Shown: one piece after another, positions 29,762 to 38,509 of the stretch
Layout: the number at the start of each line of letters is the position of its first letter
Numbering within the stretch: the first letter of the stretch is position 1
Assembly: GCA_934167445.1 (NCBI GenBank)
Contig: CAKPKJ010000005.1
Coordinates: forward strand, 3,071-67,070
Direction of reading: 5' to 3'
DNA length: 64,000 nucleotides
Source: an uncultured Clostridia bacterium
GTDB taxonomy: Bacteria; Bacillota; Clostridia; TANB77; CAG-508
Position numbers and translations under genes: made by a program
The notes under the pieces: model-generated
The model's input: only the letters and a program-made list of their open reading frames with translations
Told to the model about the DNA's origin: nothing
Database searches by the model: none

Positions 29762-29821
29762 ATTTCAATTGCAATGCTGACTGGATGGAACAGAATCTTA
29801 ACCCATACTCAAAAACATTAA
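29762..29821 (+). pseudogene. Remnant of a second pilin-signal gene (N-terminal helix fragment only)
   Basis: 16-nt identity TTTCAATTGCAATGCT (29763-29778 and 28721-28736). Translation SIAMLTGWNRILTHTQKH* parallels SIAMLSGQNGILTQAQN of the intact gene. Stops lie upstream and there is no start or SD. Confidence 0.5.
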
Positions 29822-29965
29822 ATCAGCTTTGAAGATTGCAAATATAAAAAAATAAAACAGATATAAAACATAACAATGGAAAATATGGAGTTTCAACTTC
29901 AACAAATCTCAGATAGTGAATATAATATAAAATAGCTAGATATTTTGAACTTAACCTATACAAGC

Positions 29966-30008
29966 AAAAACAAATCCCCTTCTTATGTAACTTTTATCAT
30001 AAGAAGGG
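29966..30008 (-). terminator. Terminator after dusB (palindromic; may also stop plus-strand transcripts)
   Basis: CCCTTCTTATG (29977-29987) pairs with CATAAGAAGGG (29998-30008), a perfect 11-bp stem. On the minus strand it is followed by ATTTGTTTTT. Confidence 0.7.
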
Positions 30009-30052
30009 AGCTTCATTTTTATCTGGCACAAAAGGAACAATATTCCAAGCTA

Positions 30053-31030
30053 CTAATCCAAGGTTTTAAAATACTCCTCTATAGTGCTTATTAATTCGTC
30101 CTTTTTCTCTATTTTATTTATTGAATTTCTAAATTCACTTGAGTTTTTCAAGTTTTTAGTATACCAAGAAATGTGTTTTCTAAGCTCTTTTATTGCGACG
30201 TCTTCTCCTTTTTCTTCTACGGCTAATTGTATATGTTTTTCCATAATTTGCAATCTTTCTTGGTTAGTCGGTTGTGGTAGTTTTTCTCCTGTTTGTAAAT
30301 AGTGTTTTATATTTCTAAAAATCCAAGGATTTCCAAAACTTCCTCTTCCAATCATTATTCCGTCTACACCTGTTTGTTCAAACATTGCTAATGCTGATTC
30401 TTCGTCAGTTACGTCTCCATTTCCTATTACCGGTATATGTACACTTTGTTTTACTTTTTTTATTATATCCCAATCTGCTTTTCCTGTATAAAATTCGCTT
30501 TTGGTTCTTCCGTGAATTGTTACAGCAGATGCTCCTGCTTGTTCTGCTATTTGTGCGATTTCTACTGCTACAATATTTTCTTTATCCCAACCTTTTCTAA
30601 ATTTTACTGTTACTGGTACTTTAGAGTTTTGCACTGCTGTTTCAATTATTTGTTTAGCTTTTTCAAGGTCTAGTAGTAATTTACTTCCATCTCCATTTTT
30701 TACTACTTTAGGAGCAGGGCACCCCATATTTATATCTATTATGTCTGCAAAGTCACTCATATATTTTACTGCATATGCAATACTTTCTAATTCACTACCA
30801 AATACTTGAAAACTTATTGGTCTTTTCTCTCCTTCTGTATTAAATAGTCTTTTTGTTTTTTGGTCATTATGAAACATTGCTTTTGCACTTGCCATTTCTG
30901 TGCATACCATTCCAGCTCCATAATCTTTACATATAATTCTAAAAGGCAGGTTAGTAACACCTGCCATTGGAGCTAATATTAAGTTATTTTCTAATTCTAC
31001 ATTTCCTATTTTTAATTTATGTAAGTACAT
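30053..31030 (-). CDS. dusB: tRNA-dihydrouridine synthase
   Basis: LAPMAGVTNLPFR, DINMGCP and HGRT motifs. 325 aa. Confidence 0.9.
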   Translation of the reverse strand: MYLHKLKIGNVELENNLILAPMAGVTNLPFRIICKDYGAGMVCTEMASAKAMFHNDQKTKRLFNTEGEKRPISFQVFGSELESIAYAVKYMSDFADIIDINMGCPAPKVVKNGDGSKLLLDLEKAKQIIETAVQNSKVPVTVKFRKGWDKENIVAVEIAQIAEQAGASAVTIHGRTKSEFYTGKADWDIIKKVKQSVHIPVIGNGDVTDEESALAMFEQTGVDGIMIGRGSFGNPWIFRNIKHYLQTGEKLPQPTNQERLQIMEKHIQLAVEEKGEDVAIKELRKHISWYTKNLKNSSEFRNSINKIEKKDELISTIEEYFKTLD

Positions 31031-31092
31031 ATAATCTCCTTATAATATAGATATTATACTAGTATAATTTTAGATTTTTATATATTATTTTT

Positions 31093-32199
31093 TTATTTCA
31101 CAAATATAGTTTTTTGCCTTTTACTGCTTATGTTTAAAATTAATCCTATACATATAAAGTTTGTTATTAATGAACTTCCTCCATAACTGATAAATGGTAG
31201 TGGTACACCTGTAATAGGTAATAGCCCCATTACCATACCGATATTTTCTATCATATGGAAAATAAAAATTCCTGTTATCCCTGATACTATTAATGAGCCA
31301 GTTTCATCTTTAGCTGTTTTAGCTACATATAGACATTTAGTTATCATCAACACATATATTATTATTATTGCTCCGGCAACAATAAATCCCATTTCTTCTC
31401 CAATTACAGCATATATAAAGTCTGTTGTCTTGGGATATAAAAAGCCAAGTTGTGTTTGGTTTCCTTTTAATAATCCCATTCCTGTTAGTCCACCAGCACC
31501 TATTGCTAACTTAGATTGAATAATATTATACCCTGCACCTCTTGGGTCAGATTCTGGATTTAAAAATATATCTATTCTGCTTTTAGCATGGTCTGGTAAT
31601 ACAAATTGATATATTAATGGTGCTGCTATGCATATTAAAGCGATAGTTCCTATAATATATTTTTTATCTAATCCGGCTGTAATTAACATTAATGCCGTAG
31701 CTACTATAAATGCCATACCTGTTCCAAAGTCTGGTTGTTTTATTATTAATAGTAACGGAACACCCAAAATAGCCATTAATATTAATAATTTCGTAGGTCT
31801 ATTTATTTCTGATTTTCCTCTTTCTTGTATTCTATTTATTGCCATCGCTAAAAATAATATTACAAATACTTTAGCAAATTCTCCCGGTTGAAATGAAAAG
31901 AAACCTATATCAAACCAGCTTCTTGCACCGTTTATTTCTGGAGTAAATAATACTCCTATTAATAAAATAATAAATAATCCATAAAATATTGGCGACATTT
32001 TTACTAAGGTTTGATAGTCAATAAACATTACTACTATCATTATAACCAGGCTTACCCCAAGCCAGATACATTGTTTATTAAATTCATCATGATTTGTACT
32101 TTGTGTTGCAGAAAATAATGCGACTAATCCTATTATACTTAATAATATCGCAAAAATTAATATACTCCACTCTATATTTTTTAATTCTCTTTTTCTCAT
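31093..32199 (-). CDS. rodA: SEDS-family peptidoglycan polymerase (RodA/FtsW/SpoVE family), RodA by context
   Basis: 10-TM SEDS pattern with QPSEFAK-like QPGEFAKV and a C-terminal GVPLPFISYGGSS motif. Lies directly after minDE. Confidence 0.85.
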   Translation of the reverse strand: MRKRELKNIEWSILIFAILLSIIGLVALFSATQSTNHDEFNKQCIWLGVSLVIMIVVMFIDYQTLVKMSPIFYGLFIILLIGVLFTPEINGARSWFDIGFFSFQPGEFAKVFVILFLAMAINRIQERGKSEINRPTKLLILMAILGVPLLLIIKQPDFGTGMAFIVATALMLITAGLDKKYIIGTIALICIAAPLIYQFVLPDHAKSRIDIFLNPESDPRGAGYNIIQSKLAIGAGGLTGMGLLKGNQTQLGFLYPKTTDFIYAVIGEEMGFIVAGAIIIIYVLMITKCLYVAKTAKDETGSLIVSGITGIFIFHMIENIGMVMGLLPITGVPLPFISYGGSSLITNFICIGLILNISSKRQKTIFVK

Positions 32200-32215
32200 T
32201 AAACCACTCTTTTTC

Positions 32216-32755
32216 CTATTTATTTTCTGATTTAACTTCCTCTTTTACTTTTGTTTTTTCTTTTTTGTCTTCAGTTTTGTTTTCTTCGTTTTTGGTTTTT
32301 TTATCTGTTTTTTCTGTTTTTACTTCTTCAATTATTTCTTCTGCTTGTTCTACCTTTTCTTCTGCCTTTTTATCTTTTTCAGAATTATTTTTTTCTTCTT
32401 TTACTGTTTCCTTTTTTTCTTCCTTTTTAGTGTCTTCTGGTCCTACTTTTCTTGCTTCATTTTTAATATTTAAAATTGGAATGTTTGCATATAAGGCAGG
32501 TGCGCCATTTGTTCCATCGCCATTTTCTTTATTTGTTAATCTTACATCTATTGCACTTTCATCTACATCTATATATTTTTTTATTACTTCAATTATTTCT
32601 TGTTTCATTAATTCTAAGAAATCTGCTGATACATTAGCTCTATCTTGCATTAAAACTAAATGTAGTCTTTCTTTTGCCGCATCTTTTGAACTTGATAATG
32701 TATTATCATTTTTTTTATTCCAGTTTTTAAAAAAATTCATTATGTTTTCAAACAT
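32216..32755 (-). CDS. minE: Cell division topological specificity factor MinE with a ~85-aa K/E-rich C-terminal extension
   Basis: N-terminus ...SSKDAAKERLHLVLMQDRANVSADFLELMKQEIIEVIKKYIDVDESAIDVRL is canonical MinE. The rest (about 85 aa) is low-complexity K/E/T repeat. Confidence 0.85.
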   Translation of the reverse strand: MFENIMNFFKNWNKKNDNTLSSSKDAAKERLHLVLMQDRANVSADFLELMKQEIIEVIKKYIDVDESAIDVRLTNKENGDGTNGAPALYANIPILNIKNEARKVGPEDTKKEEKKETVKEEKNNSEKDKKAEEKVEQAEEIIEEVKTEKTDKKTKNEENKTEDKKEKTKVKEEVKSENK

Positions 32756-32779
32756 TATTTCTACCTACTCCTTACATTT

Positions 32780-33574
32780 TTATTGTTTTCCGAATAGTCT
32801 TTTTAGTCTTGCAAAAAATCCTTTTTCCCTACCTGGAATAGTTACTTCTATTTTTTCTCCTAATACTCTTTTTGCTATTTCTAAATATGCTTTTCCTGAT
32901 GGTGCTTTCTTGTTTTGAATAACTGGTTCTCCTTTATTTGTTTGTGTAATAATATATTCATCATCTGGAACCACACCAATTAAATCAATTGATAGTAAGT
33001 CAACAATGTCGTCAACATCCATCATTTCACCTTTTTTTACCATATTAGGTCTAATTCTATTTATAACTAATTCTGGATTTTTAATTTCTGATGATTCTAA
33101 AAGTCCTATAATTCTATCTGCATCTCTAATAGCTGATATTTCTGCAGTTGTTACCACAATTGCTCTATCAGCTCCCGCAATAGCATTTTTAAATCCTTGC
33201 TCAATTCCCGCTGGACAGTCTATTAGTATATAATCAAATTCTTGTTTTAATTTTTCAACTAATGTTCTCATTTGTTCTTCATTTACTGCGCTTTTATCTC
33301 TTGTTTGAGCTGCTGGTAATAGGTATAATTCTTTAAATCTTTTATCTTTTATTAAAGCTTGTCTTAATTTACATTTTTCTTCTACAACATCTACAATGTC
33401 ATAGACAATTCTATTTTCTAGTCCCATTACAACATCTAGGTTACGAAGTCCAATATCTGTATCTATTAATGCTACTTTTTTTCCTTCTAAAGCTAGACTT
33501 GAACCTAAATTTGCTGTTGTTGTTGTTTTACCTACTCCACCTTTTCCTGATGTAATAACAATTACTTCTCCCAT
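32780..33574 (-). CDS. minD: Septum site-determining ATPase MinD
   Basis: ITSGKGGVGKTTTTANLG deviant Walker A. 264 aa. C-terminal amphipathic helix (GFFARLKRLFGKQ). Confidence 0.95.
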   Translation of the reverse strand: MGEVIVITSGKGGVGKTTTTANLGSSLALEGKKVALIDTDIGLRNLDVVMGLENRIVYDIVDVVEEKCKLRQALIKDKRFKELYLLPAAQTRDKSAVNEEQMRTLVEKLKQEFDYILIDCPAGIEQGFKNAIAGADRAIVVTTAEISAIRDADRIIGLLESSEIKNPELVINRIRPNMVKKGEMMDVDDIVDLLSIDLIGVVPDDEYIITQTNKGEPVIQNKKAPSGKAYLEIAKRVLGEKIEVTIPGREKGFFARLKRLFGKQ

Positions 33575-33716
33575 AATTTTCCTCCTTAGGATTTTAAAAA
33601 CACATTTTCAATAGCTATATGATATAACGAAAATGGCAAAAAGTCAATTGATTTTGAGCTAAAATAACAAAAATATTTCTAAAATATTACAAAATGTTTA
33701 CAATAATATAATAAGT

Positions 33717-33751
33717 CAAAAAAATATAGGGATTTGCCACTTTCCCTATAT
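33717..33751 (-). terminator. Terminator after the 688-aa pilin-signal paralog
   Basis: ATATAGGGA (33724-33732) pairs with TCCCTATAT (33743-33751), followed on the minus strand by a T-run. Confidence 0.65.
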
Positions 33752-33823
33752 TTTGCTTTAGCATTATTTTTATTTTTTATAAAACCTAATTGTCTAATTA
33801 TAATAACATTCAATATTTCAGTA

Positions 33824-35890
33824 TTAATTTATATATATTGATAATCTTGTATTGTTTCCTTTTGCAGTTTGGTCTGGTTCTTTGCTATAACGATTCGCTG
33901 GTGCATATAAGTCATCATAAATTCCACCTCTAGTTGAACGTTGATTGTTATATGTTCCTTCCAAAGTCCATTCTTTATGTCCTCCGTATAAGTCATATAT
34001 ATTATTTAGTATATCCGCACTATTTTTTCCTGTTATTTCTGTTGTGTTTGTTTTGCTTTCATTTTTATCGCCAACATTTTTTCCTTGTTTAACCATCCAA
34101 TTCATTACTGCATCATATTGACTTCCCCACAACATTGTACTTGTATTCTCGTTGGCATTATATGTTTTACAAGTTTTATACAATCCATACCATCTATATG
34201 TACTATTGTTGCTTGCATTTGCAGTTAGCACATTAGAATTTTTACTAGCATTTTTGCTTACAGGATTATTATTTTCTAATCCTAATTCATATCTTCCAAT
34301 ATAAAATCCTTTGTATTTTGCAACACTTTCTACCATTTTATTATATTGATTTTGTAAGTCTTTTCCAAAGTTTACTGCACTAGTATAACCTAATATTGTA
34401 TTATAATACCCTGCACTTGCATCATATATGTTGCCAGAAACACTACTTACATCTGCACTTGTATCAGAATTATTCCCTGTAATTAATGTTGGTTCTCTAT
34501 AATTCGTTGTTCCTGTTTTGTAAGTATTTTTATATGTTGAAGTATATCCGCTAAATTCATATAACATTCCTTGATAATTCACTGTAGAATTTGTTTGTAA
34601 TTCAGCCATCGGGGTGTATTCTGTTCCTATTTCTTTGTTTGTATTGTCATATATGGCATTAGGAACTGGAACCCAAACAAATTCGCTTCCATCTGGTGCT
34701 TGAACAACTAACCCTGTTGATATTGTTGATTCATTTACTTTTCTGCTTACTTTAAATCCTTTAGGTATTATTGCTGTGTCTTTATTTTTATCTATATATG
34801 TTGCTGTTTTATCATACTCTGCTGACCAACTTTCTCGTGGTTCTACATATAATACCATTCTATAATTATTTCCAGTTGAGCTTAAATTAAGTATATTTGC
34901 TGCAATGTCCCATTGTGTTGATGAGCATAATGCACTTTTAACTGCATCATCATTTTTAAATGTTTTTGCACTAGCTTTTGCATTTTCTAATGAAGTTGTA
35001 TTAGTTAATATTGTTGCATTTTTCTTACTAACAATATTACTATTTTCTGTTCCTATTTCATATCTTGAAATAAAATATCCTTTTGCCTTCATGACAAGCT
35101 GTTTTTCAATTTCTGCATTACTTTCTGCTTTGTCTGATTGAACTACATCTGTTGGTAAATATGATGTATTATCTGAAATCCCTGTGCTATTTATCTTATT
35201 ATTTTTTGCATAATCGATTTCATTTTCTACTGGTATCCATACAAATTGATTTCCATTTTTAGAATTTTCTATGTCATCTCCTTGTACATCTGAGATTATC
35301 AAACCTGTATCCTTTTTGCCACACACATAATAAAATCCATTTGGAATTTCCACATTGTCATAATATTTTAATTCAACAGCCTTTGTGTCTATATCTTCAG
35401 CAGTATAATTAGTATAATATACTTTATCATTTAAGTTTATTCCTGCTACATAGAAAACATTATGGCTTGTTTCATTTATTATATATATGTCTGTTAATTC
35501 ATTTATCTGTTCAGATGTTGTTGTTTCTCCATTTTTTATTTTTTCATATTCTTCACCATAATTTAAAGTTAAATTTTCAATTTTAGATAAATCAATAACG
35601 TAAAATTTTCCAGTATCTACAAAACTACTTATTACTCCTGAATTCTTTATCCTATTTATATTTGTGTATTCAATATTTTTGTTTACTGGCAACTCTCCAT
35701 ACTGTGAATAATAGCTTGAAACTTTATCACTTAAATTTTCGATATCTGCTTGCATAGCTTTTAATTTTGAAATTTTAATATTTTCTGTAGCATTATATAA
35801 TGTAATACTTGTAAGAATTAAAATAACTGTAACTGCTACTGACAGTGAGATCAAGTTTATACCTTTTTGTTCTTTTAAAAATTTGCTCAT
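33824..35890 (-). CDS. Large paralog of 28603-29733: pilin-like N-terminal helix plus two FGE/C-lectin-like modules
   Basis: N-terminus KGINLISLSVAVTVILILTSITL. Repeated modules PNGFYYVCGKKDTGLIISD...NQFVWIPV and PKGFKVSRK...TGLVVQAPDGSEFVWVPV. KGYFISRYEIG.. and KGFYIGRYELG.. parallel GGYYIGRYETG of the smaller gene. The C-terminal tail is AT-rich, unlike the smaller gene. Confidence 0.75.
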   Translation of the reverse strand: MSKFLKEQKGINLISLSVAVTVILILTSITLYNATENIKISKLKAMQADIENLSDKVSSYYSQYGELPVNKNIEYTNINRIKNSGVISSFVDTGKFYVIDLSKIENLTLNYGEEYEKIKNGETTTSEQINELTDIYIINETSHNVFYVAGINLNDKVYYTNYTAEDIDTKAVELKYYDNVEIPNGFYYVCGKKDTGLIISDVQGDDIENSKNGNQFVWIPVENEIDYAKNNKINSTGISDNTSYLPTDVVQSDKAESNAEIEKQLVMKAKGYFISRYEIGTENSNIVSKKNATILTNTTSLENAKASAKTFKNDDAVKSALCSSTQWDIAANILNLSSTGNNYRMVLYVEPRESWSAEYDKTATYIDKNKDTAIIPKGFKVSRKVNESTISTGLVVQAPDGSEFVWVPVPNAIYDNTNKEIGTEYTPMAELQTNSTVNYQGMLYEFSGYTSTYKNTYKTGTTNYREPTLITGNNSDTSADVSSVSGNIYDASAGYYNTILGYTSAVNFGKDLQNQYNKMVESVAKYKGFYIGRYELGLENNNPVSKNASKNSNVLTANASNNSTYRWYGLYKTCKTYNANENTSTMLWGSQYDAVMNWMVKQGKNVGDKNESKTNTTEITGKNSADILNNIYDLYGGHKEWTLEGTYNNQRSTRGGIYDDLYAPANRYSKEPDQTAKGNNTRLSIYIN

Positions 35891-35990
35891 CTTTGGTTTT
35901 ATCCTTTCTAAAGGTACTTAATAGGTCTTATAAAATTCGTATGTATTTTACCTATAGTTCCTTATGTTTTTCGTTAAAATAAGTTTACTA

Positions 35991-36656
35991 TTAATTAGCT
36001 GAATTTTCAATAGCTTTTTTCATTAATTTATAAATTTTCTTTTTATTTTTATAGTATACATATTCTTTAATATACATTATCCATAAAATTATTATAATAA
36101 ATATTATTGCAATATTTTGTGATTTAAAAGTTAATCCCACTCCGATTACACTTATTCCTAATAATGTGCAAAAAGATATTATATTGATATATATTTCTGA
36201 CTTCTTTTTTCCTGTAAATATGTATAATAGACTTTTTAAAATTCTTCCACCATCTAATGGGTATATCGGCAATAAATTAAATATTATAAGTATCAGATTA
36301 GCGTACATTATTGTTATTTCTGTAAAAATGCCTAAATTTAATTTGTCGGTTATTAATATTATTATTAAGTTTGTTATTGGGCCTACACTTGCTACAATAA
36401 TTTTTTTTATTTCTAACAAGTTTGCTTTTAATATTTTTTTATTATAATCATTTGCATTTATTGAAAACGATATACTTACTCCATATGGATTTAGTTCCAT
36501 TTTAGTTGGTTTCATCCCAACTAAAATTCCAGTAACCAAGTGTCCTAATTCGTGTATAACCGCAAAACTCAATATTATTGCATATAACCACAATTGGCCT
36601 GTTATGTAAAATACAATTAAAAATATAAATATTTTTATATCTATTTTAAATTGCAT
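35991..36656 (-). CDS. Site-2 (M50) membrane metalloprotease, SpoIVFB-like
   Basis: HELGHLV (HExxH) lies in a TM helix, with a later LLPIYPLDGGRIL (xDG) motif. 221 aa. Follows an M23 gene, as in the spoIVFA-spoIVFB arrangement. Confidence 0.75.
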   Translation of the reverse strand: MQFKIDIKIFIFLIVFYITGQLWLYAIILSFAVIHELGHLVTGILVGMKPTKMELNPYGVSISFSINANDYNKKILKANLLEIKKIIVASVGPITNLIIILITDKLNLGIFTEITIMYANLILIIFNLLPIYPLDGGRILKSLLYIFTGKKKSEIYINIISFCTLLGISVIGVGLTFKSQNIAIIFIIIILWIMYIKEYVYYKNKKKIYKLMKKAIENSAN

Positions 36657-36670
36657 ATATTTCCCCCCTA

Positions 36671-37565
36671 TTATAATTCTAAAATACTTTGTGGGTCTAA
36701 TATTCTTTCTGAATATCTTATTTCAAAGTGCAAATGTGGTCCGTGTTGAATTTCCTGTTGTGCCTACTTCTGCAATTTCTTGACCTTGAGTTACTTTATC
36801 TCCTTGTTTTACATATAAGTTGTTACAATGTGCATAAATTATACTTACTTTCCCTATTTGAATTTTCAAGTGTTTTCCATAATCTCCTTCTTCAGAGGCT
36901 AGTACTACTTCTCCCTCTGTAGCTGCTTTTATTTTAGTTCCTATGTTAGCAGCTATATCTGTTCCTGTGTGATGTTTAGGAACCTTGCCTGTTGCTGTAT
37001 CCCTTTGTCCAAATTTTGAAGTTATTGTCCCTTCTATTGGTTTTACAAATGTTGTTGTTTCTTTAGTTTTTAATATATCTTGTTCTGTTTGTGATAATTC
37101 CGCATTTTCTGCTTTTTCTTCTGTTGCTCCTCCGATTCCATTTTGCACGTTTTCGTTTTGTTCTTGCGTTTGTTCCTGATGTTCACTTGCTTTTTGTTCT
37201 TGATTTGATTCTTGATTTTTAGTTTCTTTAGTTTTAAATATCGATTTATATATATCCCTAATTTTGTTTTTTCCAATATTATATAACTCGATAAAATTTG
37301 TATCGTATGATAAAATTTCTTTAATTTTATTTATACAATCATCTGAAAATGGATAACTATGGTTTTGTATAACATATATTGGAACAGCAATTAATATACA
37401 TATAATTATTTGTATGACCATTTTTTTTAACAGTTTAATATCTTTTTTCTCCTGCTTATTTTTGTTTCTATTTATTGTAATTTCTTTGCTCTCTAGTCCT
37501 TGTCTTCTTGCATATATTTGTTCTGCTCTTCGTATTCTTTCTTCTACAGTAGCGGTTCTTTCCAT
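36671..37565 (-). pseudogene. M23 metallopeptidase (in the SpoIVFA position) with a +1 frameshift that removes the HxH motif
   Basis: The annotated frame ends ...GTTGNSTRTTFAL*. Deleting one base in minus-strand ACACGGACC (plus 36739-36747; extra G at 36743) restores ...GTTGNSTGPHLHFEIRYSERILDPQSILEL*, with the stop at 36671-36673. This could be real or an assembly error. I prefer the ATG start at 37563-37565. Confidence 0.7.
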
Positions 37566-37629
37566 AAAAAAATACACCTCTTCCTTAGTTTTCTTTTTAA
37601 CTATATGTTAGGATTTGGTGTTTTATACA

Positions 37630-37998
37630 TTATTTCACAATGACAAATGTTATAGTTTCTAATAAAAACAACGCTGTTGTTGCAATTGAATATATTTTCA
37701 ATCTTTTATATTTTTTGTTTACTCTATTATTTCGTAAATTTATATTTTTTCTTTTTTCTTCTATTCCTGAAACATAGTCTATTATGACCATCTCCGCTTC
37801 TTTAATTGCATAACTTTGTCTTTTTCCTTCTTTGTTCTTGACTGGTATTATCGTACTTTCTTGTTTTTTTCTCTCTTTTTCTGCTTTTTCAATTTCTCTT
37901 ACAGTTTTTTTATTCTTAAATACAATGGTTGCTTCTTCTATTAAATTTGATGGTAAATTTCTCAATACTATTGTATTTTGTTTTTTTATTTCTCCCAT
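37630..37998 (-). CDS. Hypothetical basic protein with a C-terminal TM anchor
   Basis: 122 aa, K/R-rich, with the C-terminal hydrophobic helix IYSIATTALFLLETITFVIV. GGAGG SD upstream. Confidence 0.5.
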   Translation of the reverse strand: MGEIKKQNTIVLRNLPSNLIEEATIVFKNKKTVREIEKAEKERKKQESTIIPVKNKEGKRQSYAIKEAEMVIIDYVSGIEEKRKNINLRNNRVNKKYKRLKIYSIATTALFLLETITFVIVK

Positions 37999-38093
37999 AT
38001 ATACCTCCTAAAATATGTATTTATTATTATTTTTTCCATATTTTAGAATTATATACAATTATAAATTCAAAATTTGTTCCTGTGTAAAAATTC

Positions 38094-38130
38094 AAAAAAA
38101 TCCTGACCTTACTAAAATGTAAAGCCAGGA
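38094..38130 (-). terminator. Terminator of the GC-richer 61-aa gene
   Basis: Minus strand UCCUGGC-(16 nt)-GUCAGGA followed by U7. The single non-Watson-Crick pair is G-U on the minus strand but A-C on the plus strand, which fits minus-sense function. Confidence 0.6.
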
Positions 38131-38146
38131 TTTAGAGAAATTGGCA

Positions 38147-38332
38147 TCAAGCTGCTGATACCTTGCCATAGACTTCATCTGCCAGAATCTGAGTCTCACC
38201 CCTCACATCACAGTACCCGTCCTTACTCATCTCTTTCTCAATCTGCTCGATTTCTGCATTAACTTCCGCGATTGCATTTATCATTGAGCCACACTTTTGG
38301 GGATTGTACGTCTTAGTCTTTTTTACAGGCAT
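38147..38332 (-). CDS. Hypothetical small protein (61 aa), compositionally atypical
   Basis: MPVKKTKTYNPQKCGSMINAIAEVNAEIEQIEKEMSKDGYCDVRGETQILADEVYGKVSAA. AAGGAGAG SD 4 nt upstream. Much higher GC than its flanks by eye. Has its own promoter and terminator. Confidence 0.55.
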   Translation of the reverse strand: MPVKKTKTYNPQKCGSMINAIAEVNAEIEQIEKEMSKDGYCDVRGETQILADEVYGKVSAA

Positions 38333-38351
38333 TTTTCTCTCCTTACGTCTG

Positions 38352-38373
38352 GGACCTGATAATTATCAAGTCC
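38352..38373. promoter_or_regulatory. 22-bp near-perfect palindrome in the 5' leader of the 61-aa gene (operator or leader hairpin)
   Basis: GGACCTGATAATTATCAAGTCC has 10 of 11 positions self-complementary, with a perfect core TGATAATTATCA. It lies between the predicted -10 and the SD. Confidence 0.4.
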
Positions 38374-38394
38374 ATTTATACAAAAGCTATTTAT

Positions 38395-38423
38395 ATTATA
38401 ACACTAACTGGAAAAAATTGCAA
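38395..38423 (-). promoter_or_regulatory. Near-consensus sigma-A promoter for the 61-aa gene
   Basis: Minus strand TTGCAA (38418-38423), a 17-nt spacer, then TGtTATAAT (TATAAT at 38395-38400). Confidence 0.5.
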
Positions 38424-38509
38424 ATTTAGTTGTCATAATTCAGTGTCGTTTAAAATTCTCCTTATATTTATTATTTCTAGTAAATATAAAGAGGAAAATC
38501 TTTTATTTT

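Noticed and set aside
32094-32918. 274-aa plus-strand ORF spanning rodA, minE and minD
   Set aside because: It is antisense to three well-supported genes. Its F/S/L-rich translation is the mirror image of the K/E-rich MinE tail (TTT/TTC/CTT opposite AAA/GAA/AAG). It has no SD.
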